This document shows, piece by piece, positions 26,430 through 35,854 of a DNA stretch of 64,000 bases. Origin of the DNA: an uncultured Chloroflexia bacterium (GTDB taxonomy: Bacteria > Chloroflexota > Limnocylindria > Limnocylindrales > CSP1-4). Both the position numbers and the translations under genes were made by a program. Under the pieces are notes generated by a model. It was not told the DNA's origin, ran no database searches, and saw only the letters and a program-made list of their open reading frames with translations. The stretch's first letter is position 1; every line of letters starts with the position of its first letter. Where the stretch lies: the NCBI GenBank assembly GCA_963720965.1, contig CAVRHD010000002.1, forward strand, positions 155,908-219,907. Reading direction: 5' to 3'.

Positions 26430-27503
26430 GTGACCATCGCGCTCCTGGTCTTCGCGTTCGTCCTGATCCTGATCGGGGCCGAACTCTTCACGAACGGGGT
26501 CGAGTGGCTCGGCTTCCACCTTGGCCTTGGCGAAGGCGCCGTCGGATCGGTCCTGGCGGCCGTGGGCACGGCCCTGCCGGAGACGATGATCCCGCTCGTT
26601 GCGATCGTGTTCGGGGCGGGCTCCCACTCAGACGCGATCGGGATCGGCGCGATCCTCGGGGCACCGTTCATGCTGGCGACCCTGGCGATGTTCGTGACCG
26701 GGGTGGCCGTGGTCAGCCGGGCGCGATCCCGGACGGCCGCCTCGGGTTCGTCCGGCGACGCCGACCTGCTGTCGATCGACGCGACCGTCATCGGCCATGA
26801 CGTCAGGGTCTTCGCGCTGATCTACGCCGCGGCGATCGCCGTCGCCTTCCTGCCATCCGACCTGGTCCTGCCGCGCTGGATCTCGGCCGTCGTCCTGATC
26901 GCCGCCTACGGCCGCTACGTCGCCGGCCACCTCGGAGCGGGTTCGAGCGGGGAGCAGGCTGAGCCCGGTCCGCTCCGCCTGCGGCGGGTTGCAGGCAAGG
27001 GCGCGACGCCGGCGGGCCGGCCCGGCCTGGCGATCGTCGTGACCCAGGTCGCGATTGCCCTGGCCGCGATCGTCGGCGGGGCCGTTGTCTTCGTCGGAGC
27101 GGTCGAAACGATCGCCCGTTCGGTCGGCCTCGACGAGACGCTGCTCAGCCTGGTGGTGGCCCCGATCGCGACCGAGCTGCCCGAAAAGCTCAACAGCGTG
27201 ATCTGGGTCCGGAGCGGCAAGGACACCCTGGCCCTCGGCAACATTACCGGTGCGATGGTCTTCCAGGCGGCGATCCCGACGTCGATCGCACTCCTCTTCG
27301 CGTCGAGCGAGTGGTCGGTCGGGAGCGGCTCGTGGATCGCCTTCGGATCGGCGGGTGTGGCCCTGGCCTCGACCGCGGCCATCTTCATTCCGATGGCCCG
27401 CTCAGGCCGGCTCCATGGTCGGGGCCTGCTCATCGGCGGAGCGTTCTACCTGGCCCAGCTTGGCCTGATCGCGGCCACCCTGGGCGACGCCGGCGGGACC
27501 TGA
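26430..27503 (+). CDS. Ca2+/Na+ antiporter (CaCA family, YrbG-like) membrane protein
   Basis: Two alpha-repeat signatures are present: GAVGSVLAAVGTALPETMIPLVAIVFG and LLSLVVAPIATELPEKLNSVIWVRSGKDTLALGNITGAMVFQ. About 10 hydrophobic segments. Confidence 0.8.
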   Translation: MTIALLVFAFVLILIGAELFTNGVEWLGFHLGLGEGAVGSVLAAVGTALPETMIPLVAIVFGAGSHSDAIGIGAILGAPFMLATLAMFVTGVAVVSRARSRTAASGSSGDADLLSIDATVIGHDVRVFALIYAAAIAVAFLPSDLVLPRWISAVVLIAAYGRYVAGHLGAGSSGEQAEPGPLRLRRVAGKGATPAGRPGLAIVVTQVAIALAAIVGGAVVFVGAVETIARSVGLDETLLSLVVAPIATELPEKLNSVIWVRSGKDTLALGNITGAMVFQAAIPTSIALLFASSEWSVGSGSWIAFGSAGVALASTAAIFIPMARSGRLHGRGLLIGGAFYLAQLGLIAATLGDAGGT

Positions 27504-27528
27504 CCGTTCGGACGGTCGTCTCTGGGGC

Positions 27529-28563
27529 CTAGTCCTGGCTGATCGCCGTGAGCCAATGCCCGAACTCGGGCAGCCGACCGCGCACGGCGTCGAAATAGGT
27601 CGTCGCGATCGAGCGCCCGATCGGGCCGACCTTGCCGGTACCGACCTTGCGATGATCGACCTCGATGACCGGCGACACCTGGACGCCGGTCCCGCACAGG
27701 AAGATCTCGTCGGCGATGTACAGCTCGGAGCGGTCGATCGAGCGGACCTCCACCGGCAGGCCCTTGGCCGTGCACAGCTCGATCATCGCTCGCCGGGTGA
27801 TCCCTTCGAGAATGTCGTCCGACACCGGCGGGGTGAGGACCACCCCGTCACGGATGACGAACAGGTTCGCGGCCGAGGCCTCGGACACGTGACCGGAGGC
27901 GGTCATGACGATCGCCTCGTCGAAGCCGTTCATCTCGGCTTCCGACTTCTGGAAGGCCATGTTGACGTAGCCGCCGGTGATCTTGCCCCGGGCCGGCAGG
28001 GCCTCGTCGGCGTTCCGCCGCCAGGACGAGGTCATGACCCGGATCCCGGCCTCGGTCTCGATGTAGTTGCCGAAGGGCAGGGCCACGACGCACAGGTCGT
28101 GCTCGAGGTGGTGGAGGCGGACGCCGATCGCCTGGGTCGACTTGTAGAACGACGGCCGGATGTAGACGTCCTCGCGGAAGTTGTTGCGCCGGACCACCTC
28201 GGTGATGATCCCGACGAGCTCGTCCACGCTGGGCGCCGGCTCCATCAGCATGATCCGGCACGAGTTCCGGATCCGCTCGACGTGCTCACGCAGGAAGACG
28301 CCATAGAGCTGGCTCTGCTCGGGGTTCCAGTACGCCCGGATTCCCTCGAAGACGGCCGTGCCGTACATGAAGGCGTGGGTCATGATGCTGATCTTCGCGT
28401 CGCGCATCGGGACGAAGCCACCCTGGAAGTAGCAGGTCAGCGACTCGAGATCGACCTGCCCGGGCTTGGCGGCAGTCGTCGTCGCAGCTACGGCCGAGGC
28501 GATGGGCGCGGCCGAGGCTGCGGTCGGGCGGGTTGCGGACTTGGTCGGCTTGTCGGTCAGCAT
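27529..28563 (-). CDS. ilvE: branched-chain amino acid aminotransferase (fold type IV)
   Basis: CYFQGGFVPMRDAKISIMTHAFMYGTAVFEGIRAYW...GGYVNMAFQKSEA...EASAANLFVIRDGVVLTPP...ILEGITR. The N-terminal ~35 aa extension is Ala/Thr-rich. AGGAG lies 9 nt upstream of ATG 28563. Confidence 0.9.
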   Translation of the reverse strand: MLTDKPTKSATRPTAASAAPIASAVAATTTAAKPGQVDLESLTCYFQGGFVPMRDAKISIMTHAFMYGTAVFEGIRAYWNPEQSQLYGVFLREHVERIRNSCRIMLMEPAPSVDELVGIITEVVRRNNFREDVYIRPSFYKSTQAIGVRLHHLEHDLCVVALPFGNYIETEAGIRVMTSSWRRNADEALPARGKITGGYVNMAFQKSEAEMNGFDEAIVMTASGHVSEASAANLFVIRDGVVLTPPVSDDILEGITRRAMIELCTAKGLPVEVRSIDRSELYIADEIFLCGTGVQVSPVIEVDHRKVGTGKVGPIGRSIATTYFDAVRGRLPEFGHWLTAISQD

Positions 28564-28692
28564 CGGCGGCGGCTCCTGATTACGAGAGCGGTCATCATAT
28601 CAGCGCCTCGACAGCGCTCCTTTGGCCACGGCCGGACCTGAGCCGGTCGACTCAGAACGGGTCACACAACCATCCGTGACGCGTGCGCCTGG

Positions 28693-28898
28693 TCCTGACA
28701 AATTCGCCCCACAGCGGTCGTTATGGTCGGTCGAATGAGGCGCTGGCCGGTCGAACCGCCGGCGGCTCCCAGAATTGGGTCGCATCCGTGCTCGGCCGGC
28801 GCGCGACTCGGCTGGATCCGGCGGCGAATTCGGCTGCATCCGGCCCACTCAGCGGGCCGGGCGGCCATAAGGGTCGCTCCAACGCCAATTTGTCAGGA
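28693..28898. repeat. exact 12-nt inverted repeat pair (TCCTGACAAATT / AATTTGTCAGGA) enclosing two copies of a 17-nt motif
   Basis: TCCTGACAAATT is at 28693-28704 and its exact reverse complement is at 28887-28898. GAATTGGGTCGCATCCG (28772-28788) and GAATTCGGCTGCATCCG (28826-28842) share 14/17 positions. The region is non-coding, upstream of ilvE. Confidence 0.7.
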
Positions 28899-28905
28899 GC
28901 CGGGG

Positions 28906-28971
28906 CCACCCCCTGGAGCCGGAGCCGGGGCTGAGCCTGTAGGCGAGCCACCCCTGGAGCCGGAGCCGGGG
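28906..28971. repeat. ~24-nt direct repeat (CCACCCC(C)TGGAGCCGGAGCCGGGG) x2
   Basis: The copies are at 28906-28930 and 28948-28971 and differ only by one C in a C run. The spacer is 17 nt. The repeat lies just 3' of the LCP gene stop (minus strand). Confidence 0.7.
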
Positions 28972-29008
28972 CCGAAACCCTAGGCCGGCCCGTCGTGGCC
29001 GAAGTAGG

Positions 29009-30817
29009 TCAGGGTCCCGCCGGGGCGATGAGGTTTGGCGTCGCCTTGCCGGTCGTCACGATGATGTCGACCGTCACGCTGGGGTCGTTGACCAGCTGGA
29101 CCTGGACCCCAAAGATCTTCTCGAGTAACGCGACCGTGACCGGCAGCTCGGTCTCCCGCCCGTTGTAGACCTTGATCACGGTGTTGGCCGGGATGGTCGG
29201 CGGCCGCTGGGTCTGGGCGACCGCGGTCAGCCCCTGGTACTCGAGGTAGGCGACCAGCGAGTTGGCCTGGCCCGACTTGCCCGAACCATTGACGATCCAG
29301 ACCGTGCCGTCCTCGGTCGAGACTGCGTCGCGCAGGGCCTCGAGCGCGGGATCGATCTTGAAGGCGTTGGCGACCGTGCTCCGGATCAACGACACATTGG
29401 GAAAGAGGTTCGTGCTGATCGGGTAGTTCTGGGACTCGAAGCGTGGCGGGGCGAACACGTACGAGCGGATGTTGGCCGTGTTGACCTGGCTCGAGAGCTG
29501 GATCAGGGCGGGCAGCTGGTCCAGCGGGATGTCCGTCTTGAACGACGTCTTGAGCGTGGTCAGGAGCGACTGGAGGTTGGCCAGGACGGTCTGGGGACTG
29601 GTCTGCTCCCGGATCGACAGGATCACCCGCTGCTGGCGGGAGGCCCGGTCGAAGTCGCTCGAGCCGTGCCGGGAACGGGCGTAGATCAGGGCCTGCGCGC
29701 CGGTCATGTGCTGGACGCCGGCGGGGATGTAGACCCGCTCATCGGTCCCGTTGTCGGCCGGGTACTGATCGTCGACGACGGGATTCTGGACGTCGATCGT
29801 CACTCCGCCGAGGGTGTCCACGACCTGCTGGAAGCCCTGGAAGTTGACCATCACGTAATACTGGATATTCAGGCCGTAGAGGGTCCCCAGGGCCTCCTTG
29901 ATGGCGTTGTAGCCGCGCGCATTGCCGACGCCCGGAAAGGCATCCGGTCGATTCCGGGCGTTCGTCCAGAGGCTGTTGATCTTGCCCGCGTAATCCCGCC
30001 CGAACACGCCCTGGGCCGAGGCCGGCAGGGGCACGTCCACGGTGTCCCGGGGCAGGCTGAACAGGGCGACGTTCTTCGTCACCGGGTCGATCGAGACGAC
30101 GATCATCGTGTCGGTGTTGAAGGTCTTGTCGCCGGCCCGCTGGTCGACCCCGAGGAGCAGGATGTTCAGCCGATCGGTGTGGTTCCAGACCGGCACCGGC
30201 GAGCTCGAGGCGAGGGGCGTGCCGACCGGCGGCAGGGACAGGGTGGGCACCGGCGAGTCCGTCGCGAGCGGTCCGTCACTCGGCCCGAAGCTCGGCCCGT
30301 TGCTCGGGTTGGGGGAGGCCGTATCGGCCGGGACGCAGTTGGGATCCTCGATGCACGAGGCGATGTCCTGCGCCTCTCCCTCGTAGCGCGCGAAGACCGC
30401 GTGGCTGCCGGCAATCACCAGCAGGACCGCGGCCAGCCCCGCGACCGAGATCGGGTTCAGCCGGATCCGTCGCCGGCCAAGCCGGCCGTCGCCGGCCGCC
30501 TCCTGGGCGTTGACGAAGGCCACGACCCGGTAGGCATCGATCGCGGCGACCGCCCGGTAGATGAGGGCGAGGACGTTCACCACCAGGATCAACGAGGCAT
30601 TGGCCACGATCAGCACGGCCGTTGCGATCGGGCCTTCCTTGCTCAGCACGCCGAGCATCAGGACGATCATCAGAATCGGCAGGGCGGCAAAGCCGATCGC
30701 CCGGGTCCAGGCCCGGGCATAGGCGTGGCCGAGGCCGGGGAAGAGCAGAGACAGGAACGCCGCAGCGAAGGCAGATTGCTGGCGCGGGCGCGGTCGCGCT
30801 ACCTCCGGGGGCTGCAT
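29009..30817 (-). CDS. LytR-CpsA-Psr (LCP) family cell-envelope glycopolymer transferase with an N-terminal multi-TM region and a C-terminal LytR_C-like domain
   Basis: LNILLLGVDQRAGDKTFNTDTMIVVSIDPVTKNVALFSLPRDTVDVPLP is the LCP core. Four N-terminal hydrophobic segments. C-terminal VWIVNGSGKSGQANSLVAYLEYQGL. Confidence 0.85.
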   Translation of the reverse strand: MQPPEVARPRPRQQSAFAAAFLSLLFPGLGHAYARAWTRAIGFAALPILMIVLMLGVLSKEGPIATAVLIVANASLILVVNVLALIYRAVAAIDAYRVVAFVNAQEAAGDGRLGRRRIRLNPISVAGLAAVLLVIAGSHAVFARYEGEAQDIASCIEDPNCVPADTASPNPSNGPSFGPSDGPLATDSPVPTLSLPPVGTPLASSSPVPVWNHTDRLNILLLGVDQRAGDKTFNTDTMIVVSIDPVTKNVALFSLPRDTVDVPLPASAQGVFGRDYAGKINSLWTNARNRPDAFPGVGNARGYNAIKEALGTLYGLNIQYYVMVNFQGFQQVVDTLGGVTIDVQNPVVDDQYPADNGTDERVYIPAGVQHMTGAQALIYARSRHGSSDFDRASRQQRVILSIREQTSPQTVLANLQSLLTTLKTSFKTDIPLDQLPALIQLSSQVNTANIRSYVFAPPRFESQNYPISTNLFPNVSLIRSTVANAFKIDPALEALRDAVSTEDGTVWIVNGSGKSGQANSLVAYLEYQGLTAVAQTQRPPTIPANTVIKVYNGRETELPVTVALLEKIFGVQVQLVNDPSVTVDIIVTTGKATPNLIAPAGP

Positions 30818-30914
30818 CGCGGGTAGGATACTCGGACCTCCACTTGTCCGCCGTCAGGGGTGCGCCCCAGCGGTGCTGGCGAGGGCTAGGTTCCAGACGA
30901 CTACCTGAGGCCCG

Positions 30915-33900
30915 ATGTTTCGTTCCGTCAGCGCCAAGCCCGACCTCATCGGAGCTGAGCACGAGATGCTCGCCCGGTGGCGCGACCGGCGGACGTTTGC
31001 CCGGCTACGGGCGCAGAACGCGGGCGGTCCCCGCTGGAGCTTCCTCGACGGCCCGATCACGGCCAACAACCCGATGGGCGTCCATCACGCCTGGGGCCGG
31101 GCCTACAAAGACCTGTTCCAGCGCTTCCACGCCATGCTCGGCCACGACCAGCGCTACCAGAACGGCTTCGATTGCCAGGGCCTGTGGGTCGAGGTCAACG
31201 TCGAGCGGGACCTCGGTTTCACCAGCAAGAAGGACATCGAGGCCTACGGCATTGCCGAGTTCGTCAGCCTGTGCAAGCAGCGCGTCCTGACCTTTGCCGC
31301 CCGCCAGACCGAGCAATCGATCCGGCTCGGGATGTGGATGGACTGGAACGACCCAGATGAGCTCCGCCGGCTGCGCGACCTGCTGGCCGCCGATCCGTCC
31401 GGGGTGACAACCCTGAGCGGCCCGGCCGGACCGGTCAGCGACTCGGTCGAGATGCTGGTCGGCCGGCTCGGCATGCCCGAGGTCGGAGGGTCGTACTTCA
31501 CCTTCAGCAACGAGAACAACGACCTGATCTGGGGCTTCCTGGCCGAATGCCATCGACGCGGCTGGCTGTACAAGGGTCACGACACGATGCCCTGGTGCAC
31601 CCGTTGCGGAACCGGCATCAGCCAGCACGAGATGACCGAGGGCTACCGCGATCGAGACGATCCCGGACTGACCATCAAGCTGCCCCTCGTCGACCGGCCG
31701 GGCGAGGCCTTGCTGGTCTGGACGACGACTCCCTGGACGCTGACCTCGAACGTTGCCGCTGCGGTCGGCCCGAACCTGCGCTACGTCCAGGTGCGCCAGG
31801 GCGAGTCGACCTACTGGCTGGCCCGGGGCACCATCCGAACCGCCCTCGACGTGGCTGCCGAAGGGCCCTTCGAGGTCCTCGGCGAGCTGTCCGGCTCCGA
31901 GCTCGTCGGGTGGCGCTACGCCGGCCCGTTCGACGACCTGCCGGCCGTCCGGCACGCCTTCGACGCAACCGCCGACCGTCCGGCGTACGAGCATCGCGTC
32001 GTGCCGTGGGCCGATGTCGGCGAGGCCGAGGGAACCGGCATCGTCCACATCGCACCGGGCTGCGGAGCCGAGGACTTTGCCCTGGGCCGCGACCTCGGCC
32101 TGCCGGTCATCGCGCCGCTTGATGAAGCCGGCATCTACGTCGACGGCTTCGGGCCGTACACCGGCCGCGACGTCCGGGACGTGACGGAGCCGATCGTCGA
32201 CCACCTGCGCCACCACCATCGCTTCTACCGGCTGGAGACGATCAGCCATCGCTACCCGCACTGCTGGCGATGCGGGACGGCGCTCGTGTTCCGCCTCGTC
32301 GACGAGTGGTTCATCCGGATGGGCGAGGTCTACGACCGGCCGCGGGCGGAGCTGACCGCCGAACAGGTCGACAACAGCCTCCGCTACCAGATCATGGCCG
32401 TCGTCGATGACGTCCGCTGGATCCCCGGCTTCGGCTATGAGCGGGAGCTCGACTGGCTCCTGAACATGCACGACTGGATGATCTCCAAGAAGCGCTACTA
32501 CGGCCTGGCCCTGCCCATCTACGACTGCCCGGCGTGTGGCACGGTCGAGGTCATCGGTGGCCGGGACGAGCTGCGTGAGCGGGCCGTCGAGGGCTGGCCG
32601 GCGTTCGAGGGGCATACCCCCCATCGGCCGTACGTCGATGCCGTGCAAATCGCCTGCCCGGGCTGCGGAGCGGCCGTCTCGCGCATCCCCGATGTCGGCA
32701 ACCCCTGGCTTGACGCCGGAATCGTGCCGTTCTCGACCCTGCACTTCCGCGAGGATCCCGAGTACTGGTCGCGCTGGTTCCCGGCCGACTTCATCACCGA
32801 AAGCTTCCCCGGCCAGTTCCGGAACTGGTTCTACGCGATGCTGGCGATGTCGACCGTGCTCCGGCGCGAGGCACCCTATCGGACGATCTTCGGCTACGCC
32901 ACGCTCCTCGCCGAGAACGGCGCAGCGATGCACAAGAGTGCCGGGAATGCGATCGAGTTCGACGACGCGGCCGAGCGAATGGGCGTCGACGTGATGCGCT
33001 GGATGTACGCGTCCTCGCGCCCCGACGACAACATCCTGTTCGGCTGGCAGACGGCCGACGAGGCGCGCCGGCGGTTGCTGATCCTGTGGAACGTGTACGC
33101 GTTCTTCGTGACCTATGCCCGGCTGGCCGGCTGGGCCGCGCCGGGTGCCGGCCCCCTGGCCGGGCCGGCGCGATCCGATCGGACGGCGATCGACCGGTGG
33201 GTCCTGTCGAGAGTTGCCGGCCTGGCCAGCCGGGTCGAGGACCGCCTGACCGACTACGACGCTCAAGGCGCAACCGAGGCGATCGAGGAGACGATCGACG
33301 ACGTGTCGACCTGGTACCTGCGCCGGTCCCGGCGCCGCTTCTCGCGCGGCGGCGACAGCGCCGACCGGGATGCAGCCTTTGCCACGCTCCACGCCGTCCT
33401 CGTGGCGCTGGCCCGGGTGATGGCCCCGATATTGCCGTTCCTGACCGACGAGATGTACGACAACCTCGTCGCATCGGGCGACCCGGCCGCTCCCGACAGC
33501 GTTCACCTGACCGGCTGGCCCGCCGCCGAGCTGGCAGGCGATCGTGACCTGGCCCTCGAGTCGGCCATGGCCACCGTCCGACGCGCGGTCGAGCTCGTTC
33601 GGGGACTTCGATCGGCCGCAGGGATCAAGGTCCGCCAGCCGCTGGCAAAGCTGTGGCTGGCCCTGCCCGGGGGCGACCTGCCCGAGCGCGAGGCGTTGCT
33701 GGCGCTGCTGGCCGACGAGGTGAACATCAAGGAAATCGAGCTGATCGGCGACGAGTCGGGCCTGGTCGAACGACGGGTCCGGCCACTCCTGCCCCGGATC
33801 GGCCGCAAGTACGGAGACCGGATCCCGGCGATCATGGCCGCCGCCCGCGCCGGAGAAGTCGAGATCCGGCCCGACGGCGGGGTCGAGCTGGCCGGATTGA

Positions 33901-34274
33901 GCCTCGCTCCGGACGAGGTCGAGATCCTGGCCACGCCGCGGCCGGGCACGGCCGTCGCCCACGACGAGGGCCTGGTCGTGGTGATCGACACTCAGTTGAG
34001 CCCGGACCTCCTGGCCGAAGGCGACGTCCGCGAGCTGCAACGGGCGATCCAGGACCTGCGTCGGGAGGCGGAGCTCGAGCTCGATGCCCGGATCGAAGTC
34101 TGGATCGATCCGCTGCCGGCCGAGCTGACGGACGCCCTGGCCGGCTTGCGGGCCGACACCCTGGCCGAGCCGATCCTGGCCGGGCCCGGTCCAGCCGGGT
34201 TGGCTGCGTCGACCGTCGAGCTGAGCAGCGGGCCGGTCGGCCTGGCCCTGCGTCTGCTGGCCGGCGATGGCTAG
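30915..34274 (+). CDS. ileS: isoleucine--tRNA ligase (long, divergent class Ia form)
   Basis: 1119 aa class Ia synthetase: GPITANNPMGVHHAWGR (HIGH region), HRYPHCWRCGTALVFRLVDEWFI, DWMISKKRYYGLALPIY, a CPACG...CPGCG zinc module, and AMHKSAGNAI (KMSKS region). The Ile assignment rests on the conserved ileS-lspA linkage (lspA overlaps its 3' end). Confidence 0.85.
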   Translation: MFRSVSAKPDLIGAEHEMLARWRDRRTFARLRAQNAGGPRWSFLDGPITANNPMGVHHAWGRAYKDLFQRFHAMLGHDQRYQNGFDCQGLWVEVNVERDLGFTSKKDIEAYGIAEFVSLCKQRVLTFAARQTEQSIRLGMWMDWNDPDELRRLRDLLAADPSGVTTLSGPAGPVSDSVEMLVGRLGMPEVGGSYFTFSNENNDLIWGFLAECHRRGWLYKGHDTMPWCTRCGTGISQHEMTEGYRDRDDPGLTIKLPLVDRPGEALLVWTTTPWTLTSNVAAAVGPNLRYVQVRQGESTYWLARGTIRTALDVAAEGPFEVLGELSGSELVGWRYAGPFDDLPAVRHAFDATADRPAYEHRVVPWADVGEAEGTGIVHIAPGCGAEDFALGRDLGLPVIAPLDEAGIYVDGFGPYTGRDVRDVTEPIVDHLRHHHRFYRLETISHRYPHCWRCGTALVFRLVDEWFIRMGEVYDRPRAELTAEQVDNSLRYQIMAVVDDVRWIPGFGYERELDWLLNMHDWMISKKRYYGLALPIYDCPACGTVEVIGGRDELRERAVEGWPAFEGHTPHRPYVDAVQIACPGCGAAVSRIPDVGNPWLDAGIVPFSTLHFREDPEYWSRWFPADFITESFPGQFRNWFYAMLAMSTVLRREAPYRTIFGYATLLAENGAAMHKSAGNAIEFDDAAERMGVDVMRWMYASSRPDDNILFGWQTADEARRRLLILWNVYAFFVTYARLAGWAAPGAGPLAGPARSDRTAIDRWVLSRVAGLASRVEDRLTDYDAQGATEAIEETIDDVSTWYLRRSRRRFSRGGDSADRDAAFATLHAVLVALARVMAPILPFLTDEMYDNLVASGDPAAPDSVHLTGWPAAELAGDRDLALESAMATVRRAVELVRGLRSAAGIKVRQPLAKLWLALPGGDLPEREALLALLADEVNIKEIELIGDESGLVERRVRPLLPRIGRKYGDRIPAIMAAARAGEVEIRPDGGVELAGLSLAPDEVEILATPRPGTAVAHDEGLVVVIDTQLSPDLLAEGDVRELQRAIQDLRREAELELDARIEVWIDPLPAELTDALAGLRADTLAEPILAGPGPAGLAASTVELSSGPVGLALRLLAGDG

Positions 34275-34848
34275 CCAGTTGCCCGAGGAGAGCGAGCCTG
34301 CCGTGACCGACGTCGCCCAGGACACCAGCCCGGCCACCGGCGAGGCGGCCGCGGCCGGCAGCGCCCAGGCCCGGCCGGCCTGGTTCGTGTTCATCGGGCT
34401 GGCCGTGCTCGTCCTCGTCGTCGACCAGCTGGCAAAGGCCTGGATCGTCGGGAACGTGGCACCGGGCGAGATCGTCAATGTCGTCGGCGACTTCGTCCGG
34501 CTCGTCTTCTCGGAGAACAACGGAGCCCTGTTCGGATTGTTCAGCAGCTCCGCGACGCTGTTCGCGATCGGCAGCCTGATCGTCCTCGTGCTGATCATCT
34601 GGTATCACGCCCGGACGCCCCGCAACCTGCTCCTGTCGGTCGCGCTCGGCCTGCTCCTCGGCGGAGCCCTGAGCAACCTGATCGATCGTCTCCGGCTGGG
34701 CTACGTGGTCGACTTCGTCGACATCGGCCTGGGCACGCTGCGCTTCTTCACGTTCAACATCGGCGACTCGGCGATCAGCCTGGCGATCCTCCTGCTCCTC
34801 CTGCTGGCCGTCCGCGCGGAGGTCCGCCCGGTGCGCGCTGATGCCTGA
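34267..34848 (+). CDS. lspA: lipoprotein signal peptidase II
   Basis: VVDQLAKAWIVGNV...FVRLVFSENNGALFGLF...NLIDRLRLGYVVDFVDIG...FNIGDSAISLAI. The start overlaps the ileS stop. Confidence 0.9.
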   Translation: MASQLPEESEPAVTDVAQDTSPATGEAAAAGSAQARPAWFVFIGLAVLVLVVDQLAKAWIVGNVAPGEIVNVVGDFVRLVFSENNGALFGLFSSSATLFAIGSLIVLVLIIWYHARTPRNLLLSVALGLLLGGALSNLIDRLRLGYVVDFVDIGLGTLRFFTFNIGDSAISLAILLLLLLAVRAEVRPVRADA

Positions 34849-35854
34849 CCTGCCCGAGGTCGGTCCGCCGGCCAGCGGACCCGGCCCGACCGGTCTGCGC
34901 ACCTTCGTCGTGCCCGATGGTCCGGGTCACCTGCGAGCCGATCGGTTCGTAGCCGATGTAGCCGGCCTCTCGCGGAGCTACGTCCAGCGCCTCATCTCCG
35001 ATGGCCGGCTGACCCACGACGGGCTCGCCCTGAAGGCCAATGTCCTGGTCAATGCCGGGGATGTCCTCGACCTCGACGTTCCCGAGCCGGTCAGGCTGGA
35101 CGTGGCCGGCGAGGCGATCCCCCTCGTGATCGCCTACGAGGACGACGATCTCCTCGTCGTCGACAAGCCGTCGGGGCTGGTCGTCCACCCTTCTCCCGGC
35201 CACGATTCGGGAACCCTCGTCAACGCTCTCCTGGGCAGGTCCGAAGGGGCCGAGTACGGCGGGATCGCCGGGGTCCGCCGGCCAGGGATCGTGCACCGCC
35301 TCGACCGCGACACGAGCGGCCTGTTGATGGTCGCCAAGACCGATCTGGCCCAGGCAGGCCTGATGGCCCAGCTCAAGGCGCGCCGGGTCAAGAAGACCTA
35401 CCTGGCCCTCGTCCTCGGCAGCGTGACCGCCGCCGTCGGGCGGATCGAGGCCCCCATCGGCCGCGATCCCAAGCTGCGCACCCGGATGGCCGTCGTCAAT
35501 GACGGGCGGCCGTCGACCACCGGCTATCGGGTCCGCGAGCGATTCGCCGGGTGGACCCTGCTCGAGCTCGACCTGATCACCGGCAGAACCCATCAGATCC
35601 GGGTCCACCTCGATGCGATCGGGCACCCGATTGCGGGCGATCCGGTCTACGGCACGGGTACCTCGCGGCGCGGGCCGGCCGGCCTCGACCGCCTCTTCCT
35701 GCACGCCTGGCGGCTCGAGTTCAGCTCTCCCAGCCGGGGCGACCTGATCCGGGTCACCGCCGAGCTGCCCCCGGAGCTGGAGGCCAGCCTCAATGGCCTG
35801 CGGATCGCGGCGAGCGGCCGGCGCGAGGACGACGGGCCGGTGTCCGCCCGATGA
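34841..35854 (+). CDS. rluD: RluA-family 23S rRNA pseudouridine synthase (RluD-like) with an S4 domain
   Basis: The S4 region is RADRFVADVAGLSRSYVQRLISDGRL. The catalytic region is LLVVDKPSGLVVHPSPGH...GIVHRLDRDTSGLLMVAKT. Overlaps the lspA stop. Confidence 0.9.
   Translation: MPDLPEVGPPASGPGPTGLRTFVVPDGPGHLRADRFVADVAGLSRSYVQRLISDGRLTHDGLALKANVLVNAGDVLDLDVPEPVRLDVAGEAIPLVIAYEDDDLLVVDKPSGLVVHPSPGHDSGTLVNALLGRSEGAEYGGIAGVRRPGIVHRLDRDTSGLLMVAKTDLAQAGLMAQLKARRVKKTYLALVLGSVTAAVGRIEAPIGRDPKLRTRMAVVNDGRPSTTGYRVRERFAGWTLLELDLITGRTHQIRVHLDAIGHPIAGDPVYGTGTSRRGPAGLDRLFLHAWRLEFSSPSRGDLIRVTAELPPELEASLNGLRIAASGRREDDGPVSAR

Noticed and set aside
28600-28934. ORFs of 68-86 aa inside the ilvE upstream region (for example 28600..28848 minus, 28683..28934 plus)
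   Set aside because: Their translations are Arg/Ser/Gly/Pro-rich, mirror the DNA repeats, and have no ribosome-binding sites. I treat the region as non-coding.
30818-30914. T-box or other leader upstream of ileS
   Set aside because: Only ~97 nt lie between the divergent LCP start and the ileS ATG. I see small hairpins, one possibly occluding the GAGG Shine-Dalgarno. I see no AUC specifier context and no UGGU-containing T-box sequence (the closest is GGTGCTGGCG). There is not enough to call.
31005-34598. Very long minus-strand ORFs: 1197 aa here, 1003 aa at 60262..63273, 973 aa at 45749..48670, 595 aa at 6756..8543, and others
   Set aside because: They are antisense to genes with unambiguous homology (ileS, ffh/DUF3352, recG/DAK2, yvcK). 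Their translations are Arg/Gly/Pro/Asp-rich with no recognisable motifs. They are the expected stop-poor antisense frames of GC-rich DNA.
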